38,315 nucleotides of DNA from Octopus sinensis (lineage: Eukaryota). The DNA lies in the NCBI RefSeq assembly GCF_006345805.1, contig NW_021831892.1:1-38315 (forward strand), written 5' to 3'. Within the stretch, counting starts at the first letter, position 1; each line of letters begins with the position of its first letter. The notes beneath the pieces were generated by a model. The model saw only the letters and a program-made list of their open reading frames with translations, ran no database searches and was not told the DNA's origin. The translations under genes and the position numbers were made by a program. Shown here piece by piece: positions 10,970-24,046 of this stretch.

Positions 10970-11917
10970 TTTGACAGTCGTTAACTGTAATGATTTATCC
11001 TGGTAATTCTCTGTTTTACAACATTAAAGAGTTACAGCATCACTTTTCGAAGTGCAATTCATGGTGTCTGATTATATTGTGAGTTTTCTCTAGTAAATCA
11101 ATTTTTGTGAACCTATGGATTGATCAAAAATTCATGTTGGTTATGAATATGAGTTCCGTCGTGGAACCAATGCAGCTCAGACACCTCGAAACATCAGTGA
11201 AATGTTTGGTGAAGATGTGGCGAATGAGTGCACTGTACGTCGATGGCTTGAGAAGTTCCGATCTGGTGACTTTACTCTTGAAAATCAACCCCATGGTAGA
11301 ACTGAGACCAAGGTGGATAACGATGAGCTGGAAACTGTAGTGGAAGTGGATACATCTCGAACTATACGTGAGTTAACAGCAAGGTTTGATGTTTCGATTC
11401 CAGCTGTATTGGATCAGCTGAAACAAATCGGCAAGGTAAAAAAGCTGGACAAATGGGCACCACACGAACTAAACGAGCATCAAATGACTCGTAGTCTTGA
11501 AACTTGCTGTTCTTTGTTGTTACGGCATAAAAGCGGACAATGTTTGCATCGTGTTGTTACGTGTGATGAAAATGGATTATTTTCAACAATAACAAGCACT
11601 CTGCACGGTGTTTGGATAGAGATGAAGCGCCAAAATACAACCCAAAAAAGAATATTCATCCAAAAAGGTAATGGTGTCTGTTTTGGTGGTCCAGCGCTGG
11701 TGTCATCCACTACAGCTTCATGTGACCTGGTAAGTCAATTACAGCGGGTGTATACATCAACCAATTGGATGAAATGATGAGTGAACTTGCAATTAAACAA
11801 CCGAAATTGTGTCGATAATTTAGATGCAGACTTTGATTAACTGCATTGCTTTTTGTTGAGATAAAATAAAATAAACTTTCAGCTCAAAATCGGACATTTC
11901 ATTCTTAATGACCTGAT
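10970..11917 (+). mobile_element. Mariner (Hsmar1/cecropia-like) transposon remnant, frameshifted, catalytic domain mostly deleted
   Basis: ORF 11202-11777: TVRRWLEKFRSGDFTLENQPHGR...KKLDKWAPHEL...VVTCDE. Right TIR-like end ...TCATTCTTAATGACCTGATA at 11917. Left TIR not found. Confidence 0.85.
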
Positions 11918-11923
11918 ATACAT

Positions 11924-12006
<83 letters not shown>

Positions 12007-12064
12007 TATATATATAATATATATATATATATGCACTTATATATGTGTATAAATACATATACAC

Positions 12065-12105
<41 letters not shown>

Positions 12106-12191
12106 ACATGTATGCAGGGTCTTAGAAATTGAACCGTGTGTTATATGTGTATGCACGTGTATGAGAGTGTGTGTATGTGTGTGTGTGTGTG

Positions 12192-12240
<49 letters not shown>

Positions 12241-12265
12241 CGTGCGTGCGTGTGTGTGTGTGCGT
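11917..12265. repeat. Compound (TACA)/(CA)/(TA)/(TG) microsatellites
   Basis: Direct reading. Confidence 0.9.
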
Positions 12266-13006
12266 GACTTACAAACAATATATCTTTCTTTTTATTATTA
12301 ATCACACGAGTAAAATACGCAACTCAAATTTGACAGGCCATAAACGAAAGTACGAATCTAAATTTCAAATTTCCTTATCAATATTGTCTGCACTTCATTT
12401 TAGTATCAGTCACTGCCACCATACTTGTTGAAAATCATATTAAATTTTTCACTGCAAATGCAAAGCAACCAACTCACCGTATCTATAATTTACACGTAAC
12501 TATATGTGTTAAATCACATATTTTACGCATATAATGCACACGTAGTTATATGTGTAGATTATACATTGTATAAATTGAACAATGTTTCAAATATTTATAA
12601 TGATAGCTAACAATGCGAGAGCAATGATTGTTCAATATTGGTTATCACAAGGTTATTTGGTTCGAAATAGCAGAAAAGCTGACGCGGTTAGGATATTCAG
12701 CTTAACATTGTCACAACCGAGATTTTCGCTACATACTTAAAAAAAAATAAAGGTAATACAAGGCCAAGATTTAAAATGTTGTAGGACTACAACACTAACG
12801 AGGAATGATATAGTTAATTTGTTTTAGCGTGAGTAGATAAGTGAAGAAACCCATCTACATAGAAACATTATTGCACACAATTTCTCAGTCTTATGATTCC
12901 AACAGATAATAAATTATTATAACTGTTATTTTGTGTTAAGATATGATATAAGATATACAATACGAAGTATGATAATTACAAACATATGTACAAATACAGT
13001 TCTATA

Positions 13007-13204
13007 TTTAAGAGATGAGGAATTATGTACATGATTTACATTATTTACATTTGACGGATATTTGTCCTCATCTTGTTTGTTGTTAGCACAACATTTCGGC
13101 TGATATACTCTCTAGCCTTCTTCAGGTGTCTTGAGGAAATTTCGAACCTGGGTTCTCATACCTAAAGTATTTTTCGATGTTATTATTATTATTATTGTTG
13201 TTGC

Positions 13205-13253
<49 letters not shown>

Positions 13254-13301
13254 CAGGTCACTGCTTGGAATCGAACTCTTAACCACTACGCCATATGCCT
13301 A
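13007..13301 (-). mobile_element. tRNA-headed SINE-like element with (AAC/AAT)n middle and 3' hammerhead motif (left copy)
   Basis: Minus strand: GGCATATGGCGTAGTGGTTAA-GAGTTCGATTCC head (28-nt deletion), (AAC)n(AAT)n, then ACAC CTGAAGA A GGCTA-N10-CAGCC GAAAT GTT GTGC. Confidence 0.8.
13086..13129 (-). ncRNA. Minimal type I hammerhead motif, left SINE copy (degenerate)
   Basis: CTGAAGA at 13125-13119 and GAAAT at 13097-13093. Stem I 3 of 4 bp; stem II 4 of 5 bp. Confidence 0.6.
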
Positions 13302-13373
13302 CGGGCATATGGCGTAATGGTTAAGAGAGCGGGCTACTAACCCCAAGATTCCGAGTTCGATTCGAAGCAGTGA

Positions 13374-13435
<62 letters not shown>

Positions 13436-13460
13436 TAATAATAATAACAACAATAATAAC

Positions 13461-13532
<72 letters not shown>

Positions 13533-13662
13533 TAATAACATCGAAATGGAATGAGAACCCAAATTTGAAATTTCCCCAATACACCTGATGAAGGCTGGAG
13601 GGTATATCAGCCGAAACGTTGTTAACAACAAACAAGATGTAAATAATGTAAATAATGTATAT
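13302..13662 (+). mobile_element. tRNA-headed SINE-like element with (AAT)n middle and 3' hammerhead motif (right copy)
   Basis: A box TGGCGTAATGG, anticodon-like arm GCGGG-CTACTAA-CCCCA, B box GTTCGATTC (13355-63), (AAT)n at 13378-13537, hammerhead core at 13585-13620. Confidence 0.85.
13581..13622 (+). ncRNA. Minimal type I hammerhead motif, right SINE copy
   Basis: ACAC CTGATGA A GGCTG-GAGGGTATAT-CAGCC GAAAC GTT GT. Perfect 5-bp stem II and palindromic AACGTT stem III. Stem I shortened by a 2-nt deletion relative to the left copy. Confidence 0.7.
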
Positions 13663-14004
13663 GTCCAAATGTTTATGAGTAAATGATATATTTTATTGTA
13701 TTATTTTGTATGTATTCATATTTCTAATACAAATGCTGGTTTTCGACATCAAAGCTTCAAATGTCCCCTCTAACTCCTCATAGACACCAACAATACTCCC
13801 ATTGATTCTTTAGACGTTTGTACTGACCATTTTAGAGACCCTGCCTAAAATCATAGCAATTTAAAATTAACACCTTGATATAAAATATCATGATACTATT
13901 ATAGGTATCATCTAAAATCACAGCAATTTCAAATTAACTCGATATAAAAACGTAATATCTCGGCACGAGAATCATTATCTAATATAATAGAAATGTGGAG
14001 CTAT

Positions 14005-14199
14005 TGTATGGAATTAGTAACAATGGTACACCCTTCTCGTGTGACGAATGGAATAACATAGTCACTATAAGTAAAGAGAAGTACGTGAAGTATCGGAGTG
14101 AGTAGTAAGCGGTTAGAGACAGTCGTGTTTTTATTGGTTTTATTAAGTATACTATATACCGAAGTGGGCGTTATATCAATCCAACATTTTAAGGATACA
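14005..14199 (+). repeat. 5' LTR of Gypsy element
   Basis: TG...CA ends. About 80 percent identical to 17072-17236 by manual alignment (27 mismatches over about 138 nt of the 3' part). Followed by PBS-like TGGCAACGAG (14204-14213). Confidence 0.8.
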
Positions 14200-16568
14200 G
14201 AAGTGGCAACGAGGGTAAACCAATTCACGTGGAGTTTCAGAGGAGTTAATAAACTCACAAAGCTTTGTTGTGAGAATTTTATGATAAAAAAAATCGTAAA
14301 ATTATGGAAAATTTGTTGGCCGGTTTGCAGGAGTTGCAAAAGCAACAACAACAGCAACTGAAAGAATAACAACTGCAAGAGCAACAACAAATAATATTAC
14401 GGCAACAAATACTGCAATAGCTGAAGTCGTCAGGAAAGTAAGAAAAAAAGTATCTTCGAGAGATTATGTCGCGAACTTCATAACAGAGTTTAAATACGAA
14501 CCTGACGAAGGAGTTACCTTCGAAGCATACTACAGAAGATATACGCAAATCTTCGAGAAAGCATGTAAAGATTATGACGACAAGATAAAAAAAATCGCTT
14601 AATCTTGAGAAAACTGGCGGCAACAGAACATGAACGATACAGTAATTATGTACTCCCAAGAAAACCTTCGGACATAATCTTTAATGACACAATAGAGATA
14701 TATTGTGTAAACATTTCAGTGAAAAAACCTCATTGTTCAACACACGCTGGAAGTGCCTGAACATAGAGAAAAACAACAACGAGGACAACATCATATATGC
14801 TGGTAGAGTTAACAGGGAATGCAAGAAGTTTAAGCTGGGCGGATTAACGCCAGATATGTTCAAATGCCTAATTTTTACACAGAGACTCACTGCCGAAAAG
14901 GGCGAAGAAGTTAGAACTAGAATTCTAGCAAAGCTCGAATATAACCAGGATGTAACCCTACAACAAGTGTCAGAAGAATGAGAAAGGATAGAGACAGAGG
15001 AAATTGAACGTAAAGCTTGTTTCCAAATAAAGCAAGTGCGAAATAGAATAGAGATAAAGTGTTCTCTAAAATACGACAAAATTCAGAAAATAAACCCATG
15101 TTTTGCATGTGGAGGTATACACCTGAGGAAAAATTGTTTATTTAAAAGAGCGGAATTCTTTCGTTGTGGAAATATAGTACATATAAAGACACACTGTAGA
15201 ACGAAGATGACGAAACGTCAGACCAAAGAAAAAGAATAAATGGTATGTCATCGGAAGAAATTGGTAATATAATAATGAGGAAATTCGTGAAGGTGAAAAT
15301 AAGAAATATAAGTGTTAAAATGCAGTTGGACACGAGTAGGGATATCACCATTATAAAAAAAAAACCTAGAAATATGTCGTTAATCCAAAATTAATTAAAT
15401 CGAAAAAGGTGGCACGTGGTGTTACAGGAAAAAGATTATATTTTTTCGGTGAATTCATAGGTAATGTAACATTACGAGGTCAAACAAAAAAGGCGAAGAT
15501 ATATGTGCTAAAAGATTCATTTAATCTATTTGGCACAGGAGAATGGAACTATTCAAATTATGGAATACGCCCATAAGTATTTTGTGCGAAAATATAGTTG
15601 GTTCAGTCGAAGGCTCGAATGCGGCTGAGGGATTAAAACAAAAAATTGCAGTAATACAGAGTGAAATACCGGTATGTAAACCAAAACGAAGTGAAAAATT
15701 GCTCTCGACAAAAAGCGAACATTGTTCAAAAGTAGATGTTCTGTAATCAAAACTACATATCGATTGAGCTGGTCCTTTAAACGGATCTTACAACTTAGTG
15801 GTAGTTGATAGTTTTTCGAGATGGCCTGAAATTTGTAAATGTAAAAAAACCAACCTCCTCAACTGTGATGAATTTTTTAATACGAATTGTTTGCAAGATT
15901 TGGCATCCCAGACAAGATAGTATCTGACAATGGAACACAATTTGTGTCTAGCGAATTTTTAAAATTTTGTGAAACGTTCGCGGTAGATTATATAATTACG
16001 GCGCCATACCATCCCAGATTTAATGGAAAGGCAGAACGCTTTGTAGATACCTTCAAAAGAGCTCTTAGAAAATCGAATAAGAAAGTCACGGATGAGGTAG
16101 CTCTACAGCAATTTTTAAGAGTGTACTGTGTGACACCAAATCCGAAAATTCCAGCAGGTAGCTCACCAGCGGAGTTGATGTTTGCAAGGAAAGTAATATC
16201 AGTCTTTGATAAATTGCTACTTGGCAAGAAAAGAAAAGTGCAAGGGAAGAAGCAGTAAGATTCTTTAAAGTTGGTGAAAAGGTCTATATGAAGGCATACA
16301 AGAATGGAAAGCAGAGTTGAGAAGATGGCGTGATTACTAAATGTATAGGTAAAATGATGTATTGGATAAAAAGTAGAAAAGGCATACAAAAGTGATACAG
16401 GAACCAACTGGAAAAGAGATTCATGGAAAGCGAACCAAAGAAGTTGGAAGTTCCAAGTACCAAAGCCACTGCAGGGGATTGAACCCGAGCGTACAAGTCA
16501 GAAGAAGAGAAAACATACAGAGTTCCTGAAAACAGATGCCAAGCGCAAAAAATATCAAATTTATGGGA

Positions 16569-16982
16569 GCAGGAATGGCTGTGTGGTAAGTATCTTGCCT
16601 ACCAACCACATGGTTCCGGGTTCAGGCCCACAGCGTGAGACCTTCGACAAGTGTCTTCAACTTAAGCCTCGGGCCGACCAAAGCTTTGTGAGTGGATTTG
16701 GTAGACGGAAACTGAAAGAAGCCAGTCGTATATGTATGTGTGTGTGCGTGTGTGTATGTGTGTATGTGTGTGTCTGTGTTTATGTGTCTTTGTTTGTTCT
16801 CCCACCATCGCTTGACAACTGATGTTGGTGTGTTTACGTCCTCGTAACTTAGCGGTTCGGAAAAAGAGATCGATAGAATAAGTACTAGGCTTACAAAGAA
16901 TAAGTCCTGGAGTCGATTTGTTCGACTAAAGGCGGTGCTCTAGCATGGCCACTGTCAAATGACAGAAAAAAGCAAAAGAGTA
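16569..16982 (+). mobile_element. tRNA-derived SINE family A nested in the Gypsy element
   Basis: GCAGGAATGGCTGTGTGGTAAG head, internal (TG)n, tail GGCGGTGCTCTAGCATGGCC...AAAAGAGTA. Confidence 0.9.
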
Positions 16983-17071
16983 CGAAAATACTCAAAAAAT
17001 GGAGATGGGGGTGAATAAAAAATTATTGCTGAAGAAAATAACACTTCCCAAGAAAAACTTAAAGCGGGAGA

Positions 17072-17238
17072 TGTAGGGAATTAGTAATAATGGTAACCTA
17101 GTCACCATATGTGAAGAGAAATACATGAAGTGCCAGTGTAGGTAGTAGGCGGTCAAAGATAGTCGTGTCTTTACTAATTTTACTAAGTATACTGTATACC
17201 GTAGTGGGCGTTATAATAAACCAACATATTAAGGATTA
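17072..17238 (+). repeat. 3' LTR of Gypsy element
   Basis: Begins TG directly after the PPT and aligns with 14005-14199. Right end degenerate; no TSD recognised. Confidence 0.75.
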
Positions 17239-17579
17239 TTTCAGAAACTAACCACTTGATCTAAAATCATGGCATTGTGACACTATTACCAGCAGCATCT
17301 AAAACTGCAGCAAAGTAAAATGAACGATCTCATGTAAAAGGACATGAGAATATACTGACACTATTATGAATAAAATGGAATGCGATGTGAGAGTGGCAAC
17401 TTCATAAAAAAAGCGGATACTCCCACTGAAATTTTAACAGAAGCTCACAAACAGTAGTACCATAAAAATGCGCCGAAACTACACTGATTCTCCTCTGCAT
17501 AGCTAATGAGAGGTGTTCCACATTTCATTGCCAATTTTATTGATCCTCCCCCTATCGTACTTCTATTTATTTTCTCTGC

Positions 17580-17729
17580 AAGTATATGTGTATGTGCTTG
17601 TATGTGTGTGTATGTTGCGTGTGTGTGTATGTGTCTGTGCATACGTACGTATGTACATACATGCATGTATTTAGATATTTATGTTTATATTTATAATTAT
17701 ATGCCTCACTTCCATCTTTCAATCAATCA

Positions 17730-17771
<42 letters not shown>

Positions 17772-17801
17772 TGAGAAAGAGAGTGAGACAGAGACAGAGA
17801 C

Positions 17802-17838
<37 letters not shown>

Positions 17839-18163
17839 CATACACACACAGATATACTAGAAAACAAGTACATAAGCCTGTACACGTGTGTCTATTCGTA
17901 CACATATATATGTATGGATATATATTTATAAATACAGATCTATATTTATAAATCTGTATACTTGTAGATATGAATATAACATACGCATACGTATAATACA
18001 TACATACATACATACATACATATGTATATATATATTATATATGTTATACATATTATATGTGGTATATATATACTAAATATATTCATATCAAATAAGCAAA
18101 ATTTAAAAAGTATATATATATATATGATGTATATATATATATATATATTATATATATATATAT

Positions 18164-18214
<51 letters not shown>

Positions 18215-18441
18215 CTATATATATATTATATATATAGATATATATATTTTATATTTCGTACATATACGTATAGATGAGTATATAACAGGAATAATTGTTT
18301 AGATGTTCCATTAAACACTGATATCATATAAAATTCATATATATATATACATACACATACATACATCATACATAAGCACTTATATAAACATCCACACAAA
18401 CACACATAAATACGCACACACAACATAAAATATCATGTGTA

Positions 18442-18481
<40 letters not shown>

Positions 18482-19373
18482 TTATTTTTCATTCGAACGA
18501 AATCCGAAAGCGTGACATATTGTGAAGTAGTTAAAGCAATAAATACTATTACATCAAAGCCTGCACTTTGAGAAGCAGCAATATTTTCGCCTTTTTTTTT
18601 GGCTCTTCATTTGTTTTTCTTTGCTTTTTGTTGTTACTGGTTGCAGTGGTGGTGGTGGTGGTATCGATGGTGACGATGGTGGTGATGGCGGTGGTGGTGG
18701 TGGTGGTGGTGGTGGTGGTGGTGGTGGTGGTGAAGGTGGTGGTAGTGGTGGTGGTGGAGGTAAGTGGAGTTAGGGGTGTTCATTCCTTTGTTTATTTGGT
18801 TTTTGCATTTCATTTTATTTTATTTTATTTTATTTTATTTTATTTTATTTTATTTTATTTTATTGAACTATTCACTAAACGACAATTCGCCAGCCAGGTT
18901 TGAAATGGAAAAGGTCTGGCTTATATTGTACGTTCATAAGCCGCCGCCATTCCCCGTTTTCAAATTGGCATATTTCTACAGTTACGCATGTCATTTCCAA
19001 CCTATATACAAATGTATACAGGGTTACACACACACACACACACATATACACATATATACACACACATGCATACGTAGAAATATACGTTTACAACACGCGT
19101 ATGAGCGCACAGTTATATCAAATCGTATATTTATATATTAATACGTTCTCTGAATGCGTTTGTAGGTGCGCTTACACGCACACATACTTACATATGTTTG
19201 TATGTATGTATGTTTGCATGTATGTATGTATGTATGTATGTATGTATGTATGTATGTATGTATGTATGTATGCATGCATGTATGTATGAATGTATGCATG
19301 TATGTATGTATGTATGTATGTATGTATTAGAGTACGTACGTACACATACATATGCATATATATATATATATAT

Positions 19374-19431
<58 letters not shown>

Positions 19432-19954
19432 TGCAAAAGACTTTGTATGGGTGTACACCACACACATTTATTAAAATTATATTTCTATGCGAATGTTTAA
19501 TCTGAATGTATAAATATTGTGTGTGTGTGAGGGTGTATGTGTGTGCGTGTGTGCGTGTGTGCGTGCAAATATATATATATACGCGCACTCACGCGCATAT
19601 GTATACTTGTACAGGATGTGTGCACACCGAGACCACTTATATGGGTATACACGCATTTGAATTAAAAATTGAATATCTATCTAAATGTGTAATGTGAATG
19701 TTCAAAAACAGACCCGCAGATATAAGTGTGTGCGTATATATATATATAGATATATATATATATACACCGCACATACACACATCACACACACCACACACAA
19801 CACACACACCAACACACACCACACACACACACCACCACAACACATATATATAATATATATATATATAATATATACATAATAGTTTTTAGAAAGACATAAA
19901 TCCGGAAAAGCACACTACTGGCCTTCACCAGGAAAAAAATATATATATATTTCA

Positions 19955-19995
<41 letters not shown>

Positions 19996-20290
19996 GTGTG
20001 TGTGTTGTGTGTGTGTGTGTGTGTGTATAAATTTTTGAATGTATGTATATAATACAATATATATGCAAACATACGTGTGCGTGTATATGTATGTGTGCGT
20101 GCGTGTGTGTGTGTGTTTGTAAATATATATACACAGACACACACACACGTATATATATATATATTTATACATTTATATCTATTAAAGTTTCCAAGCAATG
20201 CCGCAGCATGGCTCCGTTCGTGTGGTTACGAAACTGAAGAACTAGAGGAAGTACACACATACCTATTTATATATATGTGTGTGTGTGTGT

Positions 20291-20337
<47 letters not shown>

Positions 20338-20673
20338 TGTGTGTGTGTGTGTATGTATGTGTGTGTGTATGTATATACATGTATATGATTACATATATAC
20401 ATACATTTTTGCATAATATGCATTTGCAAATGCGTTTGCATATATTACATATGTGCGTGTATGTAAACATATATATACTCGTATATATATATTCTGGAGA
20501 TTTTACCGTCACAGTCAAGTCCATGCTAGAATACTCCAATGTTTCTCTGATATGTACACATATATAACGTGTGTGTGTCTGTCCGTGTCTGTCTGTGTCT
20601 GTCTGTGTTGTGTGTGGGTTGTGTGTGTGTCTGTGTGTGTGTGTCTGTTTGTGTGTGTGTGTCTGTGTATGTG

Positions 20674-20732
<59 letters not shown>

Positions 20733-20750
20733 TGTTTTGTGTGTGTGTGT
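17580..20750. repeat. About 3-kb field of compound microsatellites: (TA)n, (GA)n, (GACA)n, (GTG)n, (TTTTA)n, (TATG)n, (TG)n
   Basis: Direct reading, with short unique interruptions. Confidence 0.9.
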
Positions 20751-21284
20751 ATTTCCGTTATTCCCGCACACTCTCGTCTGTGTTCGCCTATTTTTAATAC
20801 CTCAGCCGTATCGTGCCGCTCACAAAACTCCGCCAGTTCAACAACGTGGAACTTGTCTCTGCTGTTGGTGCAATTAGCAATGCAATACGCCATTGCTGTT
20901 GTTTTTGTTGCTCTTACAGTTGTACATATAAATCTTTGTTATTTTTCTCTTTATTCTTATTGTTTATTTTCTTCTTCGTTCCTTTCAGTTTCCTTTCCGA
21001 CTTTTATCATCGTCTGTTGTTATTATTTCATTATATTTTCAATACTTTGTTATGCATTGTTTCCTTATTGTATTGTTTTCATGTTGTGATTGTGTCACTG
21101 TTGTTTGACTTTTGTTAAAACTATTCATAAACCTACAGCCGTAATACAATGAACACAGCGATTTGTTCATTGTTACTGCTGTTGTTGTTTTTTGTTTATC
21201 TAAATATCACGAACATTTTCTAGATTTTACTATTTGCTTACAACGATTGTTTTTCGTAAAGAATAAGAAAAGCCACCGAGAACT

Positions 21285-21470
21285 AGATGAGATATAGCAG
21301 CTAAAATTTCTCACCAAACCACAATCTGTCTTAACCGAAGATAGATACACTGGATGATATAGTTGTGAACACACTATCTGTGAAAAACTGGACGAGTTGT
21401 GTCATAACTACAAAGGTTTTGATCGTCGGTCTTCTAGGTCAGGCCTAGCTTGAAGTTAAACACTGGGAAA
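21285..21470 (+). mobile_element. Interspersed repeat family C fragment
   Basis: ATAGCAGCTAAAATTTCTC and GTTTTGATCGTCGGTCT resemble 5815-6025. Confidence 0.4.
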
Positions 21471-21876
21471 CAATATTCGGTTGTTCAACTTTGTAGAAAT
21501 AGCAACCGAATCTTTTCAACTTGAATAATTGAAAGCTATAAGCATTAAGTTATGTAGTTCTGCATACGAAATATCTGTTGCGGGGGAAAGAGAAATAGAA
21601 CACCGTTGTCGCTGCTGAAATATCTACGAACGTGAGCGTAAATCGGACTAAAATTTGTTTATGTGCGGTAACGGTTAAAAGGCCCTAATTAAGAAGCATG
21701 TATACCGGAGAAGAAACTTGGAAGGACAAATGTAATTCGTAATTTTACTGCAAACTTCACAAGCCTCGCTGTTATATTTGCCAAGACAAGTACAACACTC
21801 TCTCGTTGGCTTAGTTTGCATTTAAAACAAAGATCAATTGGAACCACATTACGTCACTTGTGTGTGTGTGTGTGTG

Positions 21877-21909
<33 letters not shown>

Positions 21910-21924
21910 TGTGTGTGTGTGTGT

Positions 21925-21987
<63 letters not shown>

Positions 21988-23039
21988 TGCGTGCGTTCGC
22001 GCACGTGTATGTATGTGTGCAATACAGGCATGAAATATTTACATTCAGAACTCGGAGTTTCCTCGCAGCTACCGTTCGCCAGTTGTCGCATGTGTTTATT
22101 TACAGGAAAGATCACCCTCCACGTGGCCCGAAATATTATTATTTCAACATCTGTCGACAAGCACCTGACTTCTAGGGCCGAATTCAAATGCGAAGATATA
22201 GGTAATGGAGCACTAGACACCACTCGTTGAAGTAAGAGCATGCGCAAACGTCAACGGCTCTCACAGCTTAACTTGAGACACTATGAGCACCACATAGCTT
22301 TAAAGTTACTGTTACTCTCGAGCATCTATAACGTTATTCATATCGGCCCATAATCACACTGATCGGACATTGGCTCACTTCTGTCTGTGTTTGATGTCTT
22401 TGCATCTCTCCTTTAAGTGACTCTAGACATAACTGTTCCACGCCCAACTCTCCGAAGACTAGCTCTGGCAGAATTCTGGGCTGGTCTATCTGAACTGATC
22501 CTCGAAGTTACTTCCCTATATAGAATTGACTATCAAGGACAGTGAAGTTAGGTCAGGCGCTCCTAACAGCGAATTTTTATGAGTAAAACATCCACTCCTA
22601 TTACAATCAAGAATTGCCATCTTTACTATTGTCCGGAATATCTACCCATAATACTGCTCTAAAATATTTAATCGTATTGCAATTTAAATATCTACCCTTA
22701 TAAACACGTTGCAAGCTCTCTGTCTCTTTAGCTGCCGTCTTTGGGGTAACTTTTACAATCGCACGCTTTACAAGTCACTATGGAATTCTTGATCGATAAA
22801 ATATTGGTTTCTGAGATCAATGATCGATTAGTCCCTGTTTATTTTTCTTTTCAACCTTGAACTCCGTCATTTGTAGCAAGTAAACAATAAATATTAATTT
22901 CTTCCTACTAAGGAATCCTGGGTGGTGGTAAAGGGGTCGGTGGACACAGGGTCGCAAACGTATTTGTTCAGCGTCTGCTAAAACTGTTCTTGTTTGAAAG
23001 AACAGTTAACTGAATTTGTAGGTTGGAGATGGCCTGTGT

Positions 23040-23091
23040 CGGTACAAACCTGTGCGTGTGTGTGTGTTGTGTATACATATATATATACATC

Positions 23092-23135
<44 letters not shown>

Positions 23136-23141
23136 CATATA

Positions 23142-23181
<40 letters not shown>

Positions 23182-23462
23182 ATATATATATTCCATACAT
23201 ATATGTATGTATATCATATATTATTTTATATACATAAATATATATGTATATGTACCTATATTATATACATATATATATAAATATATACATATATATACAT
23301 ATATATATATTGAATGTATTGATATATATGTATGTATGTTTGTATATTGTATATATATATACAGGTATAAGTATATGTATAAGTGTGTGTGTATACATAC
23401 ACACACACTCACACACATACATATATATGTACGTATGTGTGTGTATATTATATATATATATA
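23040..23462. repeat. Degenerate (TA)n/(TG)n field
   Basis: Direct reading. Confidence 0.9.
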
Positions 23463-23875
23463 TACTCTTTACTCTTTTACTCTTTTACTTGTTTCAGTCA
23501 TTTGACTGCGGCCATGGTGGAGCACCGCCTTTAGTCGAGCAAATCGACCCCAAGACTTATTCTTTGTAAGCCCAGTATTTATTCTATCGGTCTCTTTTAC
23601 CGAACCGCTAAGTGACGGGGACGAACACGCACCAGCATCGGTTGTCAAGCAATGCTAGGGGGACAAACACAGACACACAAATACACACACATGCATACAT
23701 ATATATACATATATACGACAGGCTTCTTTCAGTTTCCGTCTACCAAATCCACTCACAAGGCATTGGTCGTCCCGGGGCTATAGCAGAAGACACCTGTCCA
23801 AGATGCCACGCAGTGGGACTGAACCCGGAACCATGTGGTTGGTTAGCAAGCAACTTACCACACAGCCACTCCTGC
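23463..23875 (-). mobile_element. tRNA-derived SINE family A
   Basis: Near full length and aligns to 31891-32320. Confidence 0.9.
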
Positions 23876-23878
23876 ACC

Positions 23879-23959
<81 letters not shown>

Positions 23960-23981
23960 TATATATATATATATATATAAT

Positions 23982-24046
<65 letters not shown>

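Larger units (their letters stand above)
14005..17238 (+). mobile_element. Ty3/Gypsy (Mag-like) LTR retrotransposon, decayed, lacking RT and RNase H
   Basis: Gag (EFKYEPDEGVTFEAYYRRY, LFNTRWKCLN), paired CCHC-like knuckles (CFACGGIHLRKNC), protease (KMQLDTS..ITII), integrase (LHID*AGP...SDNGTQF...PYHPRFNGKAERFVDTFK), PPT AAAGCGGGAGA at 17061-17071. Multiple stops and frameshifts. SINE inserted at 16569-16982. Confidence 0.9.

Noticed and set aside
13304-13375. Possible tRNA gene
   Set aside because: A and B boxes and an anticodon-like arm are present, but there is no acceptor-stem pairing and it runs into (AAT)n. It is a SINE head.
13995-17245. Target-site duplication for the Gypsy element
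   Set aside because: The right LTR end is degenerate and no matching 4-6-bp repeat could be placed.
20801-20893. THAP-domain-like start (C-x3-C...FH...C-x2-H)
   Set aside because: Spacing between the cysteine pair and C-x2-H is about 15 residues, far shorter than the 35-50 typical of THAP.
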